From contig CAVSZL010000008.1 in NCBI GenBank assembly GCA_963732435.1, positions 34,546-98,545 of the forward strand: 64,000 bases of DNA, given 5' to 3'. A program made the position numbers and the translations under genes. Below, piece by piece: positions 14,245 through 23,802 of this stretch (the stretch's first letter is position 1; each line of letters begins with the position of its first letter). The stretch is from an uncultured Bacteroidales bacterium. Lineage in GTDB: Bacteria > Bacteroidota > Bacteroidia > Bacteroidales > VadinHA17. The notes beneath the pieces were generated by a model that did not search any database, was not told where the DNA came from, and saw only the letters and a program-made list of their open reading frames with translations.

Positions 14245-16646
14245 AAAAAAATACAACCTCCATTAATATCGTATTCATTGTGTTAATGACAATTATAGTC
14301 ACACACACATCCTGTACGAAAAACCAGACTGAATCTAAAGAAATGGTCCTGTGGTATAATAAACCTGCAGATAAAGTATGGCTGGACGGATTATTCATTG
14401 GGAATGGCTACATGGGTGCCAATGTATTCGGGAGAGTGCAGAACGAGAGAATAGCTCTGAATGAGTCTACTTTCTGGTCAGGCAAGCCTCATGATTATAA
14501 CGATCCTGATGCCGGCAAGTATTTCGGGCAAATTAAAGATCTTGTATTTGCTGAAAAATTCAAGGAAGCTGAAAAGCTGGCAGATGAACATTTTTATGGA
14601 ATACCGGCTGCACAGCAGGCATATGCGCCTGTTGGAGACCTTCTCCTGGACTTTAAAGTTACAGGTGATTCCATAAAAGATTATTACCGCGAGCTGGATA
14701 TGGAAACCGGAATTGTCAGAGTCAGCTATACCGATGGTGATGTAAAGATGACACGTGAAGTATTCATGTCTTATCCCGACCATGTTATGGTCATGAAAGT
14801 GTCGGCAAATAAACCCGGAAAGGTATCTGTAGAAGCTAAGTTAAAAAGTCCTTTTAAAGAAGAAATAATAGCAAAAGATGGCAAACTGATCCTGAACGGG
14901 ATGTGGAGATATCTTCCCGAAAAAGACAGCTGGCTCATTGCCAGGGTTGAAGGAACAGGAATGAGATTCCAGACTGCCATTACCGCTATTCCTGAAAAAG
15001 GCACCCTTAAAGCAACCGATTCAAGTCTTGTTGTTTCTGATGCCAATTCTGTTACATTTTTACTCACATCCGCAACAAGTTTTTTAACTTATAAAGATAT
15101 AAGCGGAGATCCTGCAACTGCCTGTGAAAAAATTCTGACTGCAACTAATGGTAAAGACTTTAATACACTTAAAAATACTCATTTAAGTGATTTCAGTAAT
15201 CTTATGAGCAGAGTGCATCTTAAAATTGGCGACCCTTTAAAGAATCAAAAACCAACTGATGAAAGAGTTGCTGATCTTAAGAAAGGCCTCAAAGACCCGG
15301 ACCTGCTATCTAAAATATTTCAGTTTGGCCGTTATATTCTGGTTTCAAGCAGCAGAACAGGAAGTGAACCTGCTAATTTACAGGCAAGATGGAACCAGGA
15401 TCTGCTGCCCAACTGGGGAAGTAAATATACCATCAATATCAATACAGAAATGAATTACTGGCCAGCCGAAGTAACAAACCTGTCGGAGACACACACACCA
15501 TTATTTCACATGATAAAGGATCTGGCCGAAAACGGTTCTAACACAGCAAAAATTTATTACAGCGCCGGTGGCTGGGTGGCTCATCATAATACTGATCTGT
15601 GGAGGGGTACAGCTCCTGTTGATGCAGCACGCTATGGAATGTGGCCGGTTGGAGGCGTATGGCTTTGTCAGCATATCTGGGAACATTACCTTTTTACAGG
15701 AGATGCGGACTTTCTCAGAGAATATTATCCGGTAATGAAAGGGGCTGCCCAGTTCCTGATGGACATTATGGTAATACATCCCAAATATAACTACCTGGTG
15801 ATTCCATTCTCAATGTCACCTGAACAGGGCTTTTTTGTCAGAGAGGGTGCAGAAGAGACCTTCCTGGCGCCGACAACAACAATGAATATTGGAATGGTCA
15901 AAGATCTTTTTCCTCATTGTATTGAGGCTGCTAAAATCCTTAATGTTGATCAGGATTTCAGTGCAAAACTCGCAGATGCACTCGAAAAAATACCACCATA
16001 CATGATCGGTAAGGATGGTTTACTTCAGGTTTGGATAGAGGATTGGATAAGGGGCAATGAAGGACATAATATGTCTGCTAACTTCGGTTTCTTTCCGGGC
16101 AATTCCATAACGTTGAGGGGAAATCCGGAAATTGCTGCGGCAATTCAAAAATGGCTTGAGCCACGTCGGTCAAGATTAAGCTGGACAAGCGCATGGGATA
16201 TCTGTGATTGGGCAAGACTTGAAAATGGGGTAAGGGCAGATACGGCAATTAACCAGTTTTTCAGGGTTACACCAATGAGAAGTGGCGAAGGAGGTAATCA
16301 GATGCCAAGGCAGGTATTGGTAATAACCTTCATAATCCCAGCAGCAACCAGTCGGATGCCAATTTCGGATTTACTGCAGGAGTTGCCGAGTGTCTGCTTG
16401 CAGAGTCACGCAGGAGAAATCTCATTACTGCCGGCATTACCCCCCAGCTGGGATAAAGGTATCGTAACAGGATTAAGAGCCAGAGGTGGATTTGAAGTAA
16501 ATATGAGTTGGGAAAATGGACTCCTTAAAACGTGTGAAATAAAATCAATTCTGGGAAATCCTTGCATTGTGGGATATGGTGAGAAGACCAAAAGTTATGA
16601 TATCCCGGCAGGAACATCAATAAATATTACCGCAGAACTATTATAA
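14241..16646 (+). CDS. GH95 alpha-L-fucosidase/alpha-L-galactosidase family protein; continuous ORF with an internal out-of-frame segment (see findings)
   Basis: Lipoprotein-type signal (..THTSC). GH95 N-terminal motif WYNKPADKVW...GNGYMGANVFG...ESTFWSG and C-terminal LQSHAGEISLLPALPPSW...GLRARGGFEV. The start overlaps the GH51 stop (ATGA at 14241-14244). Confidence 0.8.
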   Translation: MKKNTTSINIVFIVLMTIIVTHTSCTKNQTESKEMVLWYNKPADKVWLDGLFIGNGYMGANVFGRVQNERIALNESTFWSGKPHDYNDPDAGKYFGQIKDLVFAEKFKEAEKLADEHFYGIPAAQQAYAPVGDLLLDFKVTGDSIKDYYRELDMETGIVRVSYTDGDVKMTREVFMSYPDHVMVMKVSANKPGKVSVEAKLKSPFKEEIIAKDGKLILNGMWRYLPEKDSWLIARVEGTGMRFQTAITAIPEKGTLKATDSSLVVSDANSVTFLLTSATSFLTYKDISGDPATACEKILTATNGKDFNTLKNTHLSDFSNLMSRVHLKIGDPLKNQKPTDERVADLKKGLKDPDLLSKIFQFGRYILVSSSRTGSEPANLQARWNQDLLPNWGSKYTININTEMNYWPAEVTNLSETHTPLFHMIKDLAENGSNTAKIYYSAGGWVAHHNTDLWRGTAPVDAARYGMWPVGGVWLCQHIWEHYLFTGDADFLREYYPVMKGAAQFLMDIMVIHPKYNYLVIPFSMSPEQGFFVREGAEETFLAPTTTMNIGMVKDLFPHCIEAAKILNVDQDFSAKLADALEKIPPYMIGKDGLLQVWIEDWIRGNEGHNMSANFGFFPGNSITLRGNPEIAAAIQKWLEPRRSRLSWTSAWDICDWARLENGVRADTAINQFFRVTPMRSGEGGNQMPRQVLVITFIIPAATSRMPISDLLQELPSVCLQSHAGEISLLPALPPSWDKGIVTGLRARGGFEVNMSWENGLLKTCEIKSILGNPCIVGYGEKTKSYDIPAGTSINITAELL

Positions 16647-16680
16647 TTCCGGATACCAGTTTAGTTAAAATAATTATGAG

Positions 16681-16708
16681 GAAGCCTGCTTTTTCAGCCT
16701 TCTTAATT
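16681..16708 (+). terminator. Candidate hairpin terminator after GH95
   Basis: GAAGCCTG (16681-16688) pairs with CAGCCTTC (16695-16702), 7 of 8 bp, with a 6-nt loop. The following T-tract is weak (TTAATT). Confidence 0.25.
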
Positions 16709-17011
16709 CATGCCGCTTACATACTAATAACTGTACTTAGTTGATCCTTGCAGAACCTTTGATTTAAACGGCTTTATTACCTCACAGGACCTTTAGTGCC
16801 ATGTTAGTATCTGTCTAAAAGGCAACTCGGCTGTTCCTTCATGTCACCAAAGGTTTGGGGGCAGGTTTCCTATCTTAGGTTCTACAGCCAGAATATCCAA
16901 AAATCCTCCGGATAACCAGCTGCAGAACCAAGACCAGGAATTATCTGAGCACTATGACTCCAGATTAGAAGTTGTTTCTCTTATATTCAAGATTGACGAC
17001 TCTGTTTACTT

Positions 17012-18949
17012 CTAATCTAATTTCTGAATAAATCCCTCTTTATTGGTACGGATCTTATATATATTACTATAGGCGGCAATGTAGAGTGTCTTCATGTCAT
17101 CATCTCCAAAACAGACACTTACCGGTGCAATAGGAGTGTTGATAATCCCAACAAATTTCCCTTCTGAATTAAAGATCTGTGTACCAACAGCAGTCGCTAC
17201 ATAAATGTTACCCTCTTTATCTATTGCCATACCGTCGGCATTTGTTGATTTCCCTTTTAAATCAAGCATCGACTCCCTTATAAACAATTCTGCAAATTTA
17301 CGACCATTGCTCAGTGTTCCATCTTCATTTACATCATATGCCCATACAAAATTATCCTTTTCACTGCTAACAGGATATCCAGGGTCGTCATCGTAACAGT
17401 TGTTAATAAATGCTGTTTTACCATCCGGAGAAAGGAAAATACCATTTGGCATTGCAAAATCATTTGGTTCAGTAACTCTTATTAGTTTATTATCCGGTGA
17501 AATATAGTAGACAGCCCTTCCGGGTTGAAACTTCACAGGGTCCATGGTAAATTGTGGATCGGTAAAATAAACACCTCCTTTAGGATCAACAACAAGGTCA
17601 TTCGGACCATCCACCGGTTTTCCATTAAATTTGTTATTGAGTATGTTCACGATCTCTCCTTTTGTGGTCATCTCCACTACTCTGTGACCCATCATGTCGC
17701 AGGCCAGCAGATTGCCGTTTTTATAGGGATAAAGACCATTGGTCTGCATCTTCCCATAACTAATATAGCGGTATGTTCCGTCCGGATCCATTTCTACAGT
17801 GGCACTTCTTCGTGGATCCCCATTCCAGGCTGCATCAAAATACATGCTTGAGAAATACAGTTTCCCATTGATCCATTTGGGTCCTTCTGTAAAAATAAGT
17901 CCTGGTTTTGTATTTTTGCCATCAATAACAAGCTCAACCTTAGCATTTTCAGGAATAAAACTACGATAAGCAGCTTCTCTGGCCTGAGCTTTTTCATCAT
18001 AGTCAGTCCGTGCCGGCCAGAAAATATCGATAACATCACAACCAAGAGGTCCGATGTTCGCACCATGAATAATGTTGGGTGGAAGAAGAAGCAGATCATC
18101 TTTCTTCATGGGTTGTTCTCCGTCAAGGATTATTTCATTGCATCCTCCCCGAAGAACAAGCATCAATTGTTCAGCAGGATGAATATGGCGTTCAAAAACG
18201 GATCCTGGCCCCATCGAAAGGAAACTGATCTGAGTATTCTTGCCTGTAATTACCTTTGAATTTGCTCCAGGTACCAGTTCTGTGAATTGAAGATCGTAAA
18301 CATCATAAACAGTATTTGGCTTTACATTTGGATTAAGTTGGGTTTGGATATCCTTATTTTTTGAAGGAATATCTGATATACCCGCTTTTTGAAGATAGTC
18401 CAAACGTACAGGGCTGTATACCTCTAACAGTTTTGCTCCCGATGGCCCTGCCTTTAAAGCATTCTTGCTCCCATTTTCCAGATAGACAAAATCTATACGG
18501 GGAGTCCCTCCATGTGTGCCGTCTATAGCTTCTCTGGGTTTAGAGACCATTGTAACAAGATTCCCATCAATAAGCTGATCAACAGAACCTTCCAACACAA
18601 ATAAAAACCGATCGCCTGAGAGAACTTCCTCAGGTATTTGTGCATTAGGTTCAAGGTCAAGGATGCCGGCAAGGTTGCCTTGCCCCCAGTAAAGCTTAGC
18701 ATTTACACCCGGGTACAGAAGTACACTGCTGACATTATCAAGGCTGGTTACCTTCGCGGGCTCAAGATTTGAGACAATACCGGTTTTCGGAATACCTGAT
18801 ACCTTCTGAATTGTAAGACTATACTGCTTGATAAGTTCGCTGTTCTTTTTTTGCCATTCAGGTTTGCTTGTACACTGTATAAGACTTACCGATGTTAAAA
18901 CCAGTAAGACTACAGGCAGGATAAGTTTTTTCGTTGATTTTGTTTTCAT
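17012..18949 (-). CDS. Exported lipoprotein: two cupin-like domains fused to an SMP-30/gluconolactonase/LRE-like beta-propeller
   Basis: Signal plus Cys (LVLTSVSLIQC). The second cupin keeps metal ligands (ERHIHPAEQ...IIHGANIG). C-terminal lactonase-family motifs: FTEGPKW, GPNDLVVDPKGGVYFTDP, PNGIFLSPDGKTAFI, ADGMAIDKEGNIYVA. Confidence 0.75.
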   Translation of the reverse strand: MKTKSTKKLILPVVLLVLTSVSLIQCTSKPEWQKKNSELIKQYSLTIQKVSGIPKTGIVSNLEPAKVTSLDNVSSVLLYPGVNAKLYWGQGNLAGILDLEPNAQIPEEVLSGDRFLFVLEGSVDQLIDGNLVTMVSKPREAIDGTHGGTPRIDFVYLENGSKNALKAGPSGAKLLEVYSPVRLDYLQKAGISDIPSKNKDIQTQLNPNVKPNTVYDVYDLQFTELVPGANSKVITGKNTQISFLSMGPGSVFERHIHPAEQLMLVLRGGCNEIILDGEQPMKKDDLLLLPPNIIHGANIGPLGCDVIDIFWPARTDYDEKAQAREAAYRSFIPENAKVELVIDGKNTKPGLIFTEGPKWINGKLYFSSMYFDAAWNGDPRRSATVEMDPDGTYRYISYGKMQTNGLYPYKNGNLLACDMMGHRVVEMTTKGEIVNILNNKFNGKPVDGPNDLVVDPKGGVYFTDPQFTMDPVKFQPGRAVYYISPDNKLIRVTEPNDFAMPNGIFLSPDGKTAFINNCYDDDPGYPVSSEKDNFVWAYDVNEDGTLSNGRKFAELFIRESMLDLKGKSTNADGMAIDKEGNIYVATAVGTQIFNSEGKFVGIINTPIAPVSVCFGDDDMKTLYIAAYSNIYKIRTNKEGFIQKLD

Positions 18950-19068
18950 AGTTTTGTTTTGAGTTTTAATGATATTTTGTTTTTGAGTTTAGTAGTATTA
19001 ATTAAATGCATGTTTTTCAATAAAATAGAAACATAACATGATTACATCAGTTGATTCGAAAAGTTGAA

Positions 19069-20457
19069 TTAATATTTCTTTTCAGTAGTTAGTGATCTGG
19101 GACCGACGGGATCCGCTACCTGGTCCATGCCCACAACATCATAACCACGCCATTCGAAACTTTTTGCCAGGGCTGCCGTCTTACCCCATGCAACATCATG
19201 TACCTGGGTCTTTGTCCACATCTGACGATGTTCCTCCGTATCAAACATTAACTCCATCTGGTAGTTGAATTTAGAAGTTGCTGCAGAAATACTCTTGGTA
19301 ATGTTTGGAGGATATACACGTATCAGTTTTGATCCAAGATATCCTGTCTGTTGCCTGAGAGCAGGAATATACGTATCCGTGTAGTTAAGTTCAAAAGCAT
19401 CGCATTTTTCCGGAGCAACTTCAAAAAACATTTGTAGTTTGGTCATTTTCAATGGGACAGCAACTTCATCCAGCTTTCCTTTCTCATGTGCAACACCATA
19501 AATCATGAGCTCAAGTGGTTCATTTGAATTGTTTTCAATTGAATGAATTTCACCTGTATAAATCGGTATTGCATCTCCCCAGACTATATCAGCCATCTCA
19601 TGATTTACTAAGATTTTTCCTTTTCCTTTGGTAACCAGATATATCTCCTCAACACCCGCGTGAAAGTGTCTTCCTACCGATGCTCCTGCAGGAATCAGCA
19701 GGTGATCAAAGAAAGACCAGTTCGAGGCAAAGGCAGTAGACCCTAGTGCTCTCCTGTAAAAAACAGTATCTTTCCCGCCATTCATCTGAAAGACCGGACG
19801 CATAATGTTTTTTGTCATAGTGAGAGTATTTATAAAAGTCGGCTGTTTTTCCAGAGTAACTCCTACACGACCATCTCTGAGATCAAAAGCTCCCGATCCC
19901 GGATCGGCAGAATAATTGTATGCATTACCGGTTCGTGAACCATATGGATTATCTATAGTCGGTAGTTTTACCTGAAAATTCAACCATGCAACAGGCTTAT
20001 CAGTAGGATTATAGATTGCATGTGAATTTCCTGCTTTAAGAGGAACTCCCGCCGGACCTTTAATAAGCGCTGTCTGTCCGTTAATGGTAAATTCAGCTTC
20101 GCCATCCAATATTAGGAACAATTCATCTGCCAATAAATGAAAATGATGCCCTATCCCGCTTTTCGGATTAATAGGTCCACTGTGCATGAAAACCAGATCT
20201 TTAATCGTCCCTGCTCCCAGTAATGTTTGATAGGTTAAACTTCCGGGACCGGCATGTACACTTTTTGACTCACGTTGTTTTGATTTATCATAGTGACCTA
20301 TACGGTCAGTCAATGGCAGAGTTTTTGCCTCAGCTGGCTTAATACCAACTGGTATGCCCGGTGCTAACGGTTGTTCGTACCGGGTCTGGCCTGACATAGA
20401 ATTTGCTGTCAATGCAAACAAAATCAATAAAAAAACGACATGTAATTTAAGTTTCAT
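19069..20457 (-). CDS. Exported bicupin protein with C-terminal ABM/Dabb-like (ferredoxin-fold) domain
   Basis: Signal peptide MKLKLHVVFLLILFALTANS. Two cupin cores have intact His/Glu ligands (GIGHHFHLLADE...NSHAIYN and GRHFHAGVEEIYL...GEIHSIEN). The roughly 110-aa C-terminal alpha+beta region is assigned as ABM-like by pattern only. Confidence 0.6.
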   Translation of the reverse strand: MKLKLHVVFLLILFALTANSMSGQTRYEQPLAPGIPVGIKPAEAKTLPLTDRIGHYDKSKQRESKSVHAGPGSLTYQTLLGAGTIKDLVFMHSGPINPKSGIGHHFHLLADELFLILDGEAEFTINGQTALIKGPAGVPLKAGNSHAIYNPTDKPVAWLNFQVKLPTIDNPYGSRTGNAYNYSADPGSGAFDLRDGRVGVTLEKQPTFINTLTMTKNIMRPVFQMNGGKDTVFYRRALGSTAFASNWSFFDHLLIPAGASVGRHFHAGVEEIYLVTKGKGKILVNHEMADIVWGDAIPIYTGEIHSIENNSNEPLELMIYGVAHEKGKLDEVAVPLKMTKLQMFFEVAPEKCDAFELNYTDTYIPALRQQTGYLGSKLIRVYPPNITKSISAATSKFNYQMELMFDTEEHRQMWTKTQVHDVAWGKTAALAKSFEWRGYDVVGMDQVADPVGPRSLTTEKKY

Positions 20458-20629
20458 GGTACAGTTTATTAAATAAATGGTTAATAATTAAATGATTCTG
20501 CATATCTGGTAAAAATATCATGAATTTGTTAATTTGATGGAAATAGTTATCTGTTTAGGAATTATTCCTTTAATTTTTGATATACAATACAAATATACAG
20601 AGAATAGTACCAAAGGAAAACAGGATTAA

Positions 20630-21808
20630 CTATTTAAATAAATATGGCGCAAACTGATATAATGACCTTCTAAAAGTAAGCCATTCATGTAGTGTCCCCG
20701 GTGACTCATAATAAATGTTCTTAACTCCGGCTTTTGTAAGACTTTCATGCAAATTTTTAATACTGGTATTCCTGCTCCCCTCTTCGCTTCCTGATGTTAA
20801 GAAAAAAACTTTTACCTTTTTGTTGATGCCAGCAACATCATTATAAACTGTCTCAAGAGTTTTCTCAGGAAGATCTGGACTGAAACCACCAATGTATGAA
20901 AATTTATCAAGATTTGTAAGTGTCACATGAAGGGTTTGCAGTCCGCCCCATGATGTACCTGCCATTGCCCGGTTTTCACGATCAGTGAGTGTTCTGAATT
21001 TATTATCAATGTAAGGAATTATATCATTAAGAAGAATTGGATAAAATCCGGAACCAAATTCCATCCTGGCAGCCATATATTCTGCGCGGGCCTCAGGTGT
21101 CATAGGGCCGGATGGCCTTGGTAATTTTGAACCGAGCATTGGAGATATACCCCCGTTATCCATAACAACAATCATTGGTTTACACTTTCCTTCAGCAATC
21201 ATATTATCCATGATATAATTCATTTTACCCTGGGTAGGCCATGCCCTTTCATCTTCACCCATACAATGCTGAAGGTAAAGCACCGGATATCGTTGATTTA
21301 ACTTCGTATCATAATCCGCTGGTACATATACGTAGCATCTTCTTGTAGAACCCGTGGTCTTTGAAAAATAATAACAGGCACGTACTTCTCCATGTGGAAC
21401 ATTCTTCGGAGAATAGTATTCAACCCCCTCTTCCGGAACTTCAATCCCGCTTTGTACCTTGGCATAACCAAAAAAAGATTCACTTGAGGGATCTGCAACG
21501 GCTACTCCGTCAATTATCAAAGTGTAGTAATGAAATCCCGGAAACAGTGGTTTTGTTGTAACTTTCCAGATCCCATCTTCTCCTTTTATCATGTCATAAG
21601 TCTCTGACAGACTTAACTGGACTTTCTGTGCATCCGGAGCGGTGACCCTGAAAATTCCTCTCAGCTGCGAATCAATACGGGGATATTCCTGTCCCGGAAT
21701 GTTAGTTGATGCCGGTTTTGAATCACCTGAAGGGTCATTTGTCTGTGACTGTATAAGGTTACTGGTAACAAGTAGAATAAAAAACAAGAGGTTTAACTTT
21801 TTTCCCAT
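20630..21808 (-). CDS. Esterase with N-terminal E-set domain (CE1-like)
   Basis: Start moved to the internal Met that gives signal peptide MGKKLNLLFFILLVTSNLIQSQ. E-set module carries FRVTAPDAQKVQL...VADPSS. Esterase core has YLQHCMGEDE and GTSWGGLQ. Paralogous to the C-terminal half of 1796..3715. Confidence 0.8.
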   Translation of the reverse strand: MGKKLNLLFFILLVTSNLIQSQTNDPSGDSKPASTNIPGQEYPRIDSQLRGIFRVTAPDAQKVQLSLSETYDMIKGEDGIWKVTTKPLFPGFHYYTLIIDGVAVADPSSESFFGYAKVQSGIEVPEEGVEYYSPKNVPHGEVRACYYFSKTTGSTRRCYVYVPADYDTKLNQRYPVLYLQHCMGEDERAWPTQGKMNYIMDNMIAEGKCKPMIVVMDNGGISPMLGSKLPRPSGPMTPEARAEYMAARMEFGSGFYPILLNDIIPYIDNKFRTLTDRENRAMAGTSWGGLQTLHVTLTNLDKFSYIGGFSPDLPEKTLETVYNDVAGINKKVKVFFLTSGSEEGSRNTSIKNLHESLTKAGVKNIYYESPGTLHEWLTFRRSLYQFAPYLFK

Positions 21809-22208
21809 AATAGTTATTTTATTATTAGAATGATAACTGGTAAATTTCAAAGATGATGGTGAATAAAGTATAAATGGTGTTGAACATAATATCAACCATT
21901 ATTGCTTAAAAACTGCGGTTAATTTACATAAATTTATTTAATACCCTTCAAATCTCTTACTGAAATATAATATATATGATCGGGCAAATTGACAAAGTAT
22001 TCCTGGTTCAATGCAGGGTGGCATATTTATCCATAATCCTGATATTGAGTTTCTTAACAGAGCCAAATAATCATTAAATAATACTATTTAGTTTCACTTG
22101 AAAAAGAGAATTATATTTATAGTATCAATTTTTGACAGTAATAACGAAGCCTATAAAAAGTAACCCATTAATAACTAATCGTTTATCTGCTGAAGAAAGA
22201 AATATCCT

Positions 22209-23762
22209 ATGAAAAAATTATACACTTTCATTATTGTTCTTTTAGTTTCAGTTTGTTTTAACCGGGTATCAGCTCAGGTAAAACAGGCTCAGAATCCGGT
22301 AATTTTTGCTGATGTCCCCGACATATCAATGGTTCGCGTCGGAAACACCTATTACATGAGCAGCACAACGATGCATATGACTCCCGGCGTTCCAATAATG
22401 AAATCAAAAGACCTGGTGAACTGGGAGCTGGTTGGTTACACTTACAACACACTAGGTGAAAATGATGCGCTGACCCTTAATAACGGCAAAAACGCATATG
22501 GCCGTGGTACATGGGCCAGTTGTATCCGTTATCATAACAATACATACTATGTTTCTTCGTTTTCATCTACTACAGGTAAAACATATATCTGGTCAACCGG
22601 GGATATTGAAAAGGGGCACTGGAAAGAGATCTCTTTCAGTCCCAGTTTTCATGATCATACTCTTGTTTTCGACGATGATGGCCGGGTTTATCTGATCTAT
22701 GGCAATAAAAGACTTACGTTGGTTGAACTTAATGCCGATTTATCTGGTGTCAAAACAGGAGGAATAAATCAGGTCATAATTGAAAATTCCAGCCTTCCTT
22801 CGGGAACCGACAGCGGACTTGGTGAGGGATCTCAACTGTTCAGGTATAATGGTAAATACTATCTTTTTAACATAACCTGGCCCAAAGGTGGGATGCGTAC
22901 AGTAGTTGTCCATAGGGCGGATAGGCTTACCGGTCCATGGGAAGGTAAGCTAGTATTTCAGGATAAAGGTGTGGCACAGGGAGGAATGGTTGATACCCCC
23001 GATGGTCGCTGGTTTGCATTTCTGTTTCGCGATTACGGATCAGTCGGACGCATTCCTTATATAGTTCCGATGACATGGGAAAATGGCTGGCCGGTAATAG
23101 GGATTGACGGGAAAGTTCCTGATTTTATGGATCTTCCTGCAAACAAAGGATTAGTCACCGGTATTGTTGCTACGGATGAATTTAAGCGTAAAAAGGGAGA
23201 ACCAGCTTTACCTCTTGTCTGGCAATGGAACCATAATCCTGTTAACGACTTATGGTCTGTAACTGCTCGTAAAGGATTATTACGTCTTACAACCGGACGT
23301 ATAGACACTCTCTTTGTTCAGGCCCGTAATACTCTGACCCAGCGCACATTCGGGCCGGTATGTTCCGGATCAACTCTAATAGATGTTACAAATATGAAGG
23401 AGGGGGATTTTGCAGGACTGGCTCTTTTACAGAGAAAATTCGGCCAGGTTGGAGTTAAATACCTCAACGGAACCAAATCGGTAATTATGATCAGTGCTCA
23501 GACAAACAAGCCTGTGGAAATCGAGGCTGTTCCTTTAAACCAGAAAACTGTTTATCTGAAAGCTGATTGCGATTTCAGGGATCGTGCCGACGTGGCAAAC
23601 TTTTTTTACAGCCTCGACGGCAAAAAATGGATCCCGATTGGCAACCAGCTGAAAATGGAATACTCAATGCCCCACTTTATGGGATATCGATTCGGGTTGT
23701 TCAATTATGCAACAACTACTCCCGGCGGTTATGTTGACTTTGACTGGTTCAGAGTAAAGTAA
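22209..23762 (+). CDS. GH43 beta-xylosidase/alpha-L-arabinofuranosidase with C-terminal concanavalin-like domain
   Basis: Signal peptide present. N-terminal NPVIFADVPDISMVRVGNTYYMSSTT is the typical GH43 five-bladed-propeller start. 517 aa with a beta-sandwich tail (DFDWFRV). Confidence 0.85.
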   Translation: MKKLYTFIIVLLVSVCFNRVSAQVKQAQNPVIFADVPDISMVRVGNTYYMSSTTMHMTPGVPIMKSKDLVNWELVGYTYNTLGENDALTLNNGKNAYGRGTWASCIRYHNNTYYVSSFSSTTGKTYIWSTGDIEKGHWKEISFSPSFHDHTLVFDDDGRVYLIYGNKRLTLVELNADLSGVKTGGINQVIIENSSLPSGTDSGLGEGSQLFRYNGKYYLFNITWPKGGMRTVVVHRADRLTGPWEGKLVFQDKGVAQGGMVDTPDGRWFAFLFRDYGSVGRIPYIVPMTWENGWPVIGIDGKVPDFMDLPANKGLVTGIVATDEFKRKKGEPALPLVWQWNHNPVNDLWSVTARKGLLRLTTGRIDTLFVQARNTLTQRTFGPVCSGSTLIDVTNMKEGDFAGLALLQRKFGQVGVKYLNGTKSVIMISAQTNKPVEIEAVPLNQKTVYLKADCDFRDRADVANFFYSLDGKKWIPIGNQLKMEYSMPHFMGYRFGLFNYATTTPGGYVDFDWFRVK

Positions 23763-23802
23763 TTATAATAGTAAATGTTACCTGCTGTGTTCTTATATTC
23801 CT

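Noticed and set aside
16647-17011. 365-bp convergent intergenic region with higher G+C than other spacers; considered as a gene remnant or small RNA
   Set aside because: All six frames are broken by stops, and there is no recognisable protein motif. Apart from one weak terminator-like hairpin, I could not find convincing stem structures or conserved RNA motifs by eye. A covariance-model scan (Rfam) would be needed.
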